A stretch of DNA of 64,000 bases from Alphaproteobacteria bacterium (GTDB lineage: Bacteria > Pseudomonadota > Alphaproteobacteria > MPNO01 > UBA830), in NCBI GenBank assembly GCA_965243135.1, contig OZ251539.1, positions 5,408,001 to 5,472,000 of the forward strand. The letters are read 5' to 3'. Both the position numbers and the translations under genes were made by a program. Below the pieces are notes generated by a model, which was given only the letters and a program-made list of their open reading frames with translations, did not search any database and was not told the origin of the DNA. Shown piece by piece: positions 54,860 to 64,000 of the stretch (position 1 is its first letter; each line of letters begins with the position of its first letter).

Positions 54860-55867
54860 CCGCCTCGTCGCAAAGCCCCTCTCCCGCAAGAAAGCGAAGG
54901 ATGTCCTCGTAGATCTTGACCCTGTATCCGGTTGCGGGACACGCGTTCCTGGCGCCGGGCCGATTCGAGGCCGCCGCTCCGAAGAGCGATTCGCGCGACG
55001 AGTTCGCCATCGAAGAAACGCACGCTCCGCACGGAAGACCCGCGTCCGGGAACCAGGATCAGGCGGGCGGCGGTTTTCGCGCCATCTCGCGCAACGCCGG
55101 CGCCATATCCAGGGAATACGACGGTCAGGAACCGGTTCGCCCGGTTCTGGCGGTCCGATCTCGGAACGCGCGAAGGTTGGCACGTTCCTGTCCAGGGCTT
55201 CCACGGAACGGCGAAATTTCTGATGGTAGTTGCGGACGTAGGGCGGCGACGTCAGCGCGAGATCGACCGAACCGTCTTCGAACGGAAGCGATCTCGCGTC
55301 CGCCTGATGGACGACCGGTGGTCCCGGAGACAGGGGCGGGTTGCGCGCGGCATGGTTGAGCCTCGTCCAGTTCTTCGGACCGGTATCGGCGTCCAGGCGC
55401 TCGCGGTGAAAGTCGCACGGCGCCACCAACGCCGCGGCCAGATTCCGCGCGACGCCGAGAGGGGGGCCGCGCCAGATCCCGACGAGTCCGATTTCGAGCC
55501 CGGCGCGGTTCGAGAGTTCTCCGAACGGCGGTCCGGCGGCCTCGCCGGCGACCTCCAGAAAGTCGGCGCGGAGACGGTCGAACGCCGCATTGCGGGCGGC
55601 TTCGTCCGGCATCCGATACACTCTTGCGAGGATCATGGCGGCGGGGTTCAGTTCGCTGCCGCAGCGCGGCCCCGCCGCCTCCACAAGCGTCGTCACGGGG
55701 CCGGCAAAGGGATCCGGAACGACGGCGCCGCGCGGCGCGTAGGCGGCCAACAACTCCTCGACGAGTTGCGGCGAAAACTGACCGGCCCAAGGAAAGGGGT
55801 TCGTCCGCATTTTCCGATCGATATTCAGGCTGGATTGCGGCAGCGACTCCCGGTCGAGTGCGAACAT
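54860..55867 (-). pseudogene. Degenerate N4-cytosine-type DNA methyltransferase
   Basis: FPW.GQFSPQLVE.LL, DPFAG..TTLVEA, LTSPPY; multiple indels. Confidence 0.72.
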
Positions 55868-55974
55868 GGCCAAGGCTTCTTGAGGAGACGCAGAACCTGC
55901 TTGCATGAAATGACTCTAACCCGCGTCCACCGGAATTGTCCAACGGTGCCTGACCGGTTCGCATGGAGGCTTTC

Positions 55975-56150
55975 ACGGCTCGCGGCCCGAACGAGACCGC
56001 TTGCCGACCTTGACCCCCTGCCGGGCCAGCGCGTCGGCGCGCGGCCTGTCGAGGCGCGCGTTACCGTTTCCGGAACGGTCGGCCGACAGGCACGGCCCGC
56101 CGTTGTCCGGCGTGCAGGGAACCGCAGGAACGCTGCGGCGGGAACTGGCC
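55975..56150 (-). repeat. Internally deleted, degenerate copy of 58640-59260
   Basis: Shared blocks GCCGACCTTGAC.CCCTGCCGG.CCAGCGCGTCGGC and CCTGTCGAGGCGC...GTTACCGTTTCCGGAACGGTC. Confidence 0.75.
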
Positions 56151-56349
56151 GAGGCCGGGCGGACGACCCGGTTATTGCCGGGAAGGCGAAAAACCCGGGA
56201 TTCCGCTCCGGCGAGTCATTGCCGCGTTATTTTCCGTGTCGCTGCAAGATTTTCCGTGCCGCCGCAAGCCGCGGCGGCGAGCGTCCCCGGCAGGCACCGC
56301 GACCGTTCTGGCCGGCCGCGGCCCGCCCGGCAAGGAAAACCGCGCGGCG

Positions 56350-57687
56350 CTATTCGAAAAAAGCGAACAAAGGTCCGGCCATCACCGCATGGGCGCGTTC
56401 GGCATCGTGGATTCCGACGAGATGGTCGACGATCGCCTGCAGCCCCGCCGGCGGGATGCTCTCTCCGACGATTTCCCGTATCGTCTTGTCGCTCAAGCGC
56501 TTGTCGTCCGCGCGAGCCCATCGGTAGGCATACCGGTCGAGCGTGTGGAGAAGAAACGCCTCGTGGAGGGAAAGCACCCTGTTCTGTTCCGGGTGAAGCT
56601 TGTTGTCGCTGCAGGCGTACGACAGGTTGCGGGTCAATGCGCTCGCGGGCTTGTCGTAAGACATTCGCTTGTAGGCCGAGGTGTAGCCGCGCATGAGCTC
56701 GCGTTTGCCGTTCCGCTCGACGCTGGGTCGCGGCAGTAGCTCGCGGCACCGCTCGCAATGAACCGGCGTCGTCCGGGAAGTCCGGTTGACGCCGTTGCCG
56801 TCGCGCCGCGCGATATGCGTCGGATTTTCGTCGAACCCGCATTTCGCGCACTGGTTGTCGAACGCGCTTCGCTCCGCCGGCGTGTTTTCCACCCACCAGT
56901 ATTTCGTCGAATCCAGCAACGGCACGCGGTGGAACGGTATTTCGGAGGAAGCTGCGTGGGCGCTCTTCGCGTCGAGAGGCGGAAGCCCCCCGATCGCCTC
57001 CCGCACCGTAACCCATGGAGCTGCGTTCCGGCCGTCGAGGGTTTGGGCATGCGTTCGCGGCGGCATGAAGGTTCCGCAGCGGGAGAACCATTCCACCAGC
57101 TGCGGATTGCGGGAGAACACGGATATCAGCCGTTGCCTGCATTGCGGCACCCCGTAATTCGCGAACTCGACGACCTCTCCGCGACCGACGTAATCCGAAC
57201 CCAGCTCCCTCTTCACGAATTCAACGATCTGGATGGGGGAGCCGCTCCCGTCCAGGATCAGCGTGTCCGCCATTTCCGGCACGTTCTCGAGGAGAACGAT
57301 CTCCGGCCGCAAACGGCGCGCGATCTCCATGGCGGGAATGATGAGGCGGTTGCGCTCGTCGAGAGCCGGCTTCTCGCCGGCCCTGATGGCGGCCAGGAGT
57401 TTTCCCCTGCCGTTCTTCGACATCCCCTGACAGGGCGGGGTGGCGTAGAGCAGCGTGAGTCCGCGGCCGGCCAGGCGCTTCAGGGTTTCGCTTTCGATCG
57501 AATCGACGTTCTTCCGGACGTCTCCGGTGATCGCCGCCGTTTCCGGATGGTTGCAGGCGAATACGGCGTGCCGGTCCTCGAGGAGTTCGCTCGACACGAG
57601 GATATCGAACCCGGCCTGCCGCAACGCGAGGTCGCCGACGCCGCCGGACGAAAAAAGGCTTATCGCTGTCTTTCGCGCTTCCAGCAT
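56350..57687 (-). CDS. DNA (cytosine-5) methyltransferase
   Basis: SLFSSGG, PPCQGMS, ENV, YGVPQ.R.R, GESIPP; Cys-pair insertion in the TRD. Confidence 0.9.
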   Translation of the reverse strand: MLEARKTAISLFSSGGVGDLALRQAGFDILVSSELLEDRHAVFACNHPETAAITGDVRKNVDSIESETLKRLAGRGLTLLYATPPCQGMSKNGRGKLLAAIRAGEKPALDERNRLIIPAMEIARRLRPEIVLLENVPEMADTLILDGSGSPIQIVEFVKRELGSDYVGRGEVVEFANYGVPQCRQRLISVFSRNPQLVEWFSRCGTFMPPRTHAQTLDGRNAAPWVTVREAIGGLPPLDAKSAHAASSEIPFHRVPLLDSTKYWWVENTPAERSAFDNQCAKCGFDENPTHIARRDGNGVNRTSRTTPVHCERCRELLPRPSVERNGKRELMRGYTSAYKRMSYDKPASALTRNLSYACSDNKLHPEQNRVLSLHEAFLLHTLDRYAYRWARADDKRLSDKTIREIVGESIPPAGLQAIVDHLVGIHDAERAHAVMAGPLFAFFE

Positions 57688-57695
57688 AGCGAAGA

Positions 57696-57995
57696 CTACA
57701 GCGGGACTTGCTTGCCTCCGCCGGCGCGGCGGACGACGTCTCCCGTTCCGCGAACGATGTAGTCGACGGGGAAGGTCGGGCCGCGCTCCTCCGTCGGCGG
57801 ACGAAGCAGTTCCTCCGTACCGACTCCGAGGCAAGTCGACAGTTTCTCAAGCGTATCGAGCGTCGGACTCTTGAGTCCTCGCTCCAGTTGACAGGTCCGA
57901 TCAAGGCCGGCCGCGCCGCCGAGTGCCTCCTGACTCAACCACGCGCGTTCGCGGTAATGCCTGAGGGCGGCGGGAAAGAGCTTGGAAAGCGACAT
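57696..57995 (-). CDS. Xre-family HTH, R-M controller-like (possibly a truncated HTH-REase)
   Basis: LSQE.L...AGLDRT...LERG..SPTL.TL.KL...LG. Confidence 0.7.
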   Translation of the reverse strand: MSLSKLFPAALRHYRERAWLSQEALGGAAGLDRTCQLERGLKSPTLDTLEKLSTCLGVGTEELLRPPTEERGPTFPVDYIVRGTGDVVRRAGGGKQVPL

Positions 57996-58025
57996 GGAGG
58001 CAAGCCTGCCGTTTTCGAAAACGGC

Positions 58026-58044
58026 AGACTACGGACTATAGTCC
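58026..58044. promoter_or_regulatory. C-box-like operator AGACTACGGACTATAGTCC
   Basis: Palindrome GGACTATAGTCC ~40 nt upstream of the HTH start; matches the GACT..AGTC C-box pattern. Confidence 0.55.
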
Positions 58045-58558
58045 ACAATTCCTGCGCGCTATGCGCGGGTTTCTTCCCTGCGCGCGGGATCTTCGGAAGA
58101 AGGACGCCGCCGTCCGGAGGCGGCCGGGTTTCCAGGCGTAGTTCGCTGATTTACGTTTCCGGCGGCGTTGTCTTGCCCGACATCCCGCGACGGGGTGAAC
58201 GAGGCAAGGTTCCGCCGTGTCTTGCTGCCCGGAACGAGACGCCGGCCCGCGCGCCGTCGGCTGACGCCGGAGGCGGAGCGTTCCCCCGGCTTTCGTCCCG
58301 ACCGGAACCCCGGTTCGTCTCTTGCCGCGGTCGGTCCGTTGCCTTTCGAGAGCGTTTCCCCGGACGACGGAGAGCGCTGAACGCGCCTGTTGTCGCGTTG
58401 CACGAACAGGAACGGAGTCGCGAGCAGGTGAACTGGCGGCGGCGAAGCGAGGGCTCCTTCGGGCGGACGAAGACTGCGTTCAAGGACGCTCCGCCGCGCT
58501 GCGCGGAAGCGCCTCGTTACGGCGATCCCTTGCCCGGTTTCCGACAGGCCGCACGATA

Positions 58559-58876
58559 TCAGTACCGCTCCTCTCGCGCGGGCCTGTTCGGGAGGTTTTC
58601 GGGCGCGGGCGCCTTCGTCCGCGCCGGCTTCCTTTCCGGCAGCTTGCCGGTGTCCAGAAAGGCCCTCAAAGACCGCTCGCCGACCTTGACGCCCTGCCGG
58701 CCCAGCGCGTCGGCGAGCGCCTTGACGGAGGCTCCCTCCGCGACCTTCTCCTTCAGGAGCGAGGCCATTTCCTCCAATATCTCCTGGTAGGTCACGCGCT
58801 CCGGCCTGACCTTCCGGATCTCCGCGCGCAGCGCCTCGGCGTCGAATTCGACCGCCTTCATGCTCTTCTCAGCCAT
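58559..58876 (-). CDS. Small HTH-like protein (TraK/mobilisation-accessory-like, tentative)
   Basis: Clean ORF with AGGAG RBS; paralogue of the upstream ORF. Confidence 0.65.
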   Translation of the reverse strand: MAEKSMKAVEFDAEALRAEIRKVRPERVTYQEILEEMASLLKEKVAEGASVKALADALGRQGVKVGERSLRAFLDTGKLPERKPARTKAPAPENLPNRPAREERY

Positions 58877-59168
58877 CTTCTTCTCTCCTGTCCGTGCCGG
58901 GGCCGCGCAGATCCTCCGGCGTCAGCGCCAGCAACCGCTCCCGCGACGGAATCCGCCCCGGAAACCGGCCGGTCTCGATGAACGCCGCAAGCGAGCTTTC
59001 TTTGACGATGACGCCCTTCGCCGCCAGCCGGGCGCAGAGGATCTCCGCGGGGTCGCCTTCGTCGACGCGGCGCATCAGCAGGGCCCGGAACCGCTCCACC
59101 GCTTCGCGGTAACTCGGTCCACCCGTCGGGATTTTTTCGATTTCGGCGCGCAGCCTGTCGAGGCGCAT
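58869..59168 (-). CDS. Small protein paralogous to 58559-58876
   Basis: Shared pattern LRAEI.K...Y.E......LL...V.EG.....L...L...GV.V.E.SL.AF..TG..P. Confidence 0.6.
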   Translation of the reverse strand: MRLDRLRAEIEKIPTGGPSYREAVERFRALLMRRVDEGDPAEILCARLAAKGVIVKESSLAAFIETGRFPGRIPSRERLLALTPEDLRGPGTDRREEDG

Positions 59169-59329
59169 GTGCGGCGTTACCGTTTCCGGAACGGTCCGTC
59201 GACAGACACGACCCGGCCCGCCGCCGTCCGGCGCGCCGGGAAACGCAGAATACCCTCGCGGACGGACCGAATGCAAGGATTGGCGATCCGGTTTTTGGCG
59301 GGGACCGGCCGGACGCCGGGAGCGCGACC

Positions 59330-59880
59330 CGGCCATTGTCTCGAAGGCGGGGAACCTGGAATTCCGGTCCGTCGCGCCGGCGTTGCACGCTGTTTTCGGA
59401 ACTCGCGGCGCGGCGGAACGGCGGCGGTTGCCTGACGTCATGCCGGTCGGAGCGCTCTCTCCGACGGTCCTGGAGGCGCTGAAGGCCCGGGGGATCGCGC
59501 CGGAGCATTCGGTAATCACCGCGCAGCAGGGTTCGTCATTCCATTCGGCAACCGGAGAAGAGACGAGGCGCGGGGCCGCCGACGAGGACTTCGACCGACT
59601 ACCGGAGATCCTGGCGAAGCCCGAACCGGTGCCGTTGGACAGAGGCGGCGGGAGGAACAAGGCGCTGCTCTATGTGTTCTCGCCGACAACCTATGGAAGT
59701 CGTCAATCCGAACCGCGTTCGGAAAGGCAAAATCGTCGTGCGCTACAAGGAGGCGCAGCGCGACAAGACAGGAAACAAGCCGCGAAGGGCTACGAACTCC
59801 ATCGTCACTGCGGGTTATGTGGAGCGTCACAACCTCATACAGGATCGGTACAAGATTCTCGAAGGAGGGGTGGAACAATG
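59330..59880 (+). pseudogene. MuF-associated PBECR-like nuclease fragment (prophage remnant)
   Basis: LPEILAKPE, LLYVF, KIVV, NSIVTAG.V..NL in shifting frames. Confidence 0.45.
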
Positions 59881-60017
59881 CCGCCGGGACGAGACGCCAC
59901 CCTCGATCCAGTACGCTGGCCGGACGAAACCGGCAAACCATCTACCGGGACAGCGGTCTGGGTTTCCCCAATTACCCGGCCTACCCGGCGGCCACCGTCA
60001 TTATTAGGAGAGACGCC

Positions 60018-60110
60018 ATGCCCGGCGCAAGCATGAAAGTCGAGATGATCGGCGCGGAGAAAGTCCGCCGCCGCCTCGACGAACTCGTCCGCGACGGTCA
60101 GGTCGCCACC
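60018..60110 (+). pseudogene. 5' fragment resembling a Mu-like virion morphogenesis gene
   Basis: AGGAG RBS; MPGASMKVEMIGAEKVRRRLDEL follows the PBECR-like fragment. Confidence 0.35.
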
Positions 60111-60773
60111 CCGCTCGGGTTCGGGCGCCGGTTTCCCTATCGCCCCGGAAGCAGTTGCCGATGGCGTCGCGCCTCTTCCGTCCGGCGAGCGAACGCCGGA
60201 CCGCGCTCCATCTTGGAGATTCGGTCAAGGCTGACCTGGAACGGGAGGAAAGCAGCGGACATCGTCGGCTACGGCTTCGGTCCGCAAGGGCTACCTGGGA
60301 CGGTTCCTGCGGCGTTGAGAACATGCGCTGGAAGCTCGTCGGAATGCCGGATGACCGCGTTCGCGCATTTGGGTTGTCCGCAGATTTTCCGGCGCCGTCG
60401 CGAGCGACGCATGGGAAAAGGTCGCGCCGTCGGCAGCGTCAGGGGCAGAAACGGCGCCCGGCTGCAGGAGACCGACAGCGTCGCCGGAAAAACAGTTGTC
60501 GCGCGCGTCCGCCGGCTCCGGGCGGGGCCTCGTCCTTCTCCTCTCCACCTCGCGGGATGACGGCATGCCGGAGAACTCGGAGAAATGGGGCGACTTTTCA
60601 CGGGCGGCGCTTTTCGACATTCTCGGCGTCTGGAAGGATATGCCGAAGCCGCGAAAGGACCGGCTGGACGAGTTCCGGCACGAGAGAACGCCTTCCCGGC
60701 ATGCGGGGACCAGGGATGCAACCGGGGACAGCGGTCCTTTCAATTTTCTCCTTTGACGTGTAACGGGAACGCC

Positions 60774-63700
60774 ATGAACCAAGCGCCGGCCGCAGGCGAA
60801 CGCGCCGCCCTTCGCGGGTATCGCTGGCAGTACGACCGCATCGCGGCTCTCGTTTATGATGCGCTGCTCGACGGCGACCTGGAATTTCTGCGGCTGACGG
60901 ATCCCGAGGCCGGTCGCGTCGACGACCTGTTGCTTGTCCGGCGCGGTAGCGCCCATGGCTACCAGTTCAAGAGCGCCCTTTACGGCAGGGCGCTCACGTT
61001 CAACGAATTCGTCGGCAGGCAGCGCACGCACAGCGGAAACGAGGCGCCTTCCTTGCTCCGTTCTCTTTCGGACGGTTGGCTCGAGTTGCGGAGACGGCGG
61101 GGCGACGGTCATGTCCATTTCGTCACGAATCGGCCTGCATCGGTCAACGATCGTCTCGGCGGCGGCGCGGACGGGCCGTTTCACTTCCATGCGTTTTTGA
61201 CCCAAGTGCTCGAGCCGCTCCGCTCGGGCGGCGTTGCCCTGGACGACGTCGATGCCGGATGGCGTCCCGCGATTTCAAAGCTCCATGAGGAAAGCGGCCT
61301 CGCGGGCGAAGAGTTCGAGAGGTTTCTCCAGTCACTGCACATCGACGTTGCGGCCGGTCCCGGCGCGCCGGCGTCGCCGTCAATGCGGCGGACGGACATC
61401 CTTACCCTTTCCAACGCCCTCCAGCGGCGCGTCTCGGAAGCAACCGATGTCGTCGAGCTGACCGCCCGCGATGTTCTCGCCCTGGCAAGATGGGAAGGTC
61501 GCCCCCACCTGTATAACCGGCATGAATTTCCCGTCGACCTCGATACCTACCAACCGCTGACGGGGGCCATCGAGCAGCTGGTGGAATCCATTGAACGCCA
61601 TGACAACGGCTACCTTGCGCTAATCGGACCGCCGGGTTCCGGCAAATCTACATTGCTCAGTCAGGCGCTTTCGGGCAGCGCTGATCGGGTCGTCCGTTAC
61701 TACGCCTACGTCCCCCAGCCCGCTCCCGCCCGGACGCGCCTGACAGCCCGCGGGTTCCTGCACGATGTCGTCGTGATGCTGAGCGGACATGGCGCCGCGG
61801 GGCGCGAACTGCCCGGCAACGATATCGAAGCGCTTCGCCGACAATTCGCCGACAGCCTCGATGCCGCGAGTCAGGAATACCGACGTACAGGGCGCCGAAC
61901 GATCATTGTCGTCGACGGTCTTGACCATGTGGACCGCGACTATCCGGGCAACGATGGACTCCTGGGGGAATTGCCGCATCCTTGGGAGTTGCCGGACGGC
62001 GTCTTGTTTGTCGTCGGTAGCCGGACTCCCGATCCGCTTCCCGCGGACGCAAGGGAGCAACTTCGCGAACGAAACGCCGTTGTCGACCTCGAGCGTCACC
62101 GCCTGTCGCAGGCGGCCGTTCTCAAGATATGCGGCCGCTCGCCCGTCACGAAAGCTCTGTCGCTGGAGCTGCACCGGAGAATCCATGAACTCAGCGGAGG
62201 ATATCCGCTGGCGCTCGGCTACGTTCTGAACCGTCTTTCCGAAAGCGGCGGAACACCTGCGCACGAGGTGCTTGCGGAGTTGCCCGCATACGAGGGCGAT
62301 ATCGCCGCCGTATATGCGACGATATGGGACGAGGAGGAAGGCGACGACCGCATCGTGGAGATTTTCGCCGTCTGTTCCCGACTGCGAAACGGCTTCACGA
62401 CCGCGTGGCTTTCCGAGTGGGCGCCGCCCGCCGCCGTGCGGGCCTTCCGGCGCAGGCTCTCGTATCTGTTTCGTCGCCACCAGGACAGGTGGCGGTTTTT
62501 CCATGACTCGTTTCGACAATTTGCGGCGGATCGCACCGCATTGGGCGACGCGCAACGCCCGGACGAACGCGAGGAGAAGCGGATTCACAGACGCATTGCC
62601 GATCTTTGCGCCGAGGCGGCCGCCGACGGAATCGCCGACGAGCAGCTATATCACCGGGTTTGCGGGGAACAGCGCGATGAAGTCCTGGCCCTGGCGCAGC
62701 AAACGACGTTCCGGGACCAATTCCGCCGCCTGCGTTCGCCCGAACTCATTCGGCAAGACATTGCGCTTGCGCTGGATGTCGCGGCGGGTCGCGCCGACGT
62801 TCTGGCCATGGTCCGGCTGCTTCTCGCGCTTGGCGAGGCGACGCAGCGGGTTTTCGCTGTCGAGAACGTAAATTTGCCGGTCCTTCTCTACGAAGCCGGA
62901 CTGGAAAAGGAGGCGATCGCGTGGTGCGGAGGCGACAGTCCGCAGGTTCCCCTCGCGCACGCTTACGAACTGGCCGAAAAAATGGGGAAGGCCGGCGACC
63001 CCGAAGGCCGGCGAATCTTCGAGGCGATAGAGCACAACGGGATCGTCGATCGCGAGCGCTCCGCGGCGGGACGGGAGGATGTTGGGCCTGGACGAGGGCG
63101 GCAGCGCTGTTCCGTCCGCTGAACGGCGTGATAGCTGCCATACGGAACCAACTTGAGGCCGGATCGGTGCAGATGGACCGGGACGCCATGAGATGGCATC
63201 GATACATGAGGATGAACGCGGCGCTTATCGATGCCCTTGCTGTCAGGAATAGGGAAACGGCGCTCACGGATATCGATTCGGCTCTCGCAGAACATGTTGA
63301 ACAGCTCAAGGACGACGGATCCCGGCGAGAGAAGGTCGGCGGCGGGGAAGCCGATGAGCCGGACTCGGATCGCCACGTAGCCGGGCTCATAGACCTTCGT
63401 GTCCGTGCGCAGGCGATCCTGCTCGAACGAACGTCGACAGCCGCCGCTCGACCCTTTCTGGATCGATTGCTGTCCACGGTTCGTGACGTACCGCTCTTCG
63501 ATCGGACGAGGCTCGAGGCCGCGGAGCTTCTCGTTCGCCACGGAATCCTGAATGAAGCGGCCGCGTTGCTTGATCGCACGCGATACGGCAACGCTTTGAC
63601 CGTGCGGTCGTTAGGTCGCGACCGCCATCCGGACACCATCCGCCGCCATTTTCGGTACTGGCGACTTCGCCACCTCCTTGCTTCGAACGATGACCAAGTG

Positions 63701-64000
63701 CCCGAGTCCATCCCTCCGAATAGCGATACGCCGGCAGGCGATCAGATTCGGCGGGATGCCCCCATATACAAGGAGGCCGGTACGATCGAGCTCGTCGCCC
63801 GCATTGATGCGGCCGCCAGAAAGCTGGGGCGGCTGGACGCAGCGGTCGATTCGGGGCCGCCGGTACCGTCAACGGAGGTCTGGAATGCAGTTGTTTCGAT
63901 GTTTTCCATCTTTTTCCCGACGGAAGGACGAAGCGGTTCGCAGGATTTCTCCATCGTTCAAAATAAGTCCCAGCTGTTCGCCATAATCATCGAGGTCGCC
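60774..64000 (+). CDS. Nuclease-STAND NTPase (Avs-like), frameshift near 63080, runs off the window
   Basis: GE..A..GY..QY, VDD...YQFK nuclease motif; GPPGSGKST; IIVVDGLDH; protein-like frame continues WTRAAALFRPL... Confidence 0.8.

Overview
This is a GC-rich proteobacterial accessory region, best read as an insertion-sequence (IS)-riddled, decaying anti-phage defence island. Defence and restriction-modification (R-M) content: a SIR2-DUF4020 (Dsr1-like) gene; two nuclease-STAND (Avs-like) genes, one fused to an MqsA-type HTH; a SmaI-family R-M pair; a type IIG R-M gene; m5C and m4C methyltransferases; an SBD-HNH nuclease; dndD/dndE remnants; and a fragmented PLD-helicase / SMC-like ATPase / MORC-like ATPase / PLD module. 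There are seven IS elements with identifiable ends (3 ISKra4-like, 2 ISNCY-like, 1 IS66, 1 IS4) plus IS630 and IS1202-like remnants. Target-site duplications (TSDs) show that several ISs disrupted defence genes. They also imply a ~15 kb inversion (1307-16276) between two inverted ISKra4-like copies, which separated the two halves of a putative ADP-ribosyltransferase-fold gene. Two unrelated IS families carry a DUF4338 (DruA/Mom-like) domain. Other content: ardC, a GT2, a TPR protein, a SLAM + TbpB-like lipoprotein pair with a 13-bp tandem array in its 5' UTR, and Mu-like phage and plasmid remnants. I saw no rRNA, tRNA or CRISPR array. Many frameshifts, especially at homopolymers, may be long-read errors. 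All family calls come from motif recognition by eye, not database searches.
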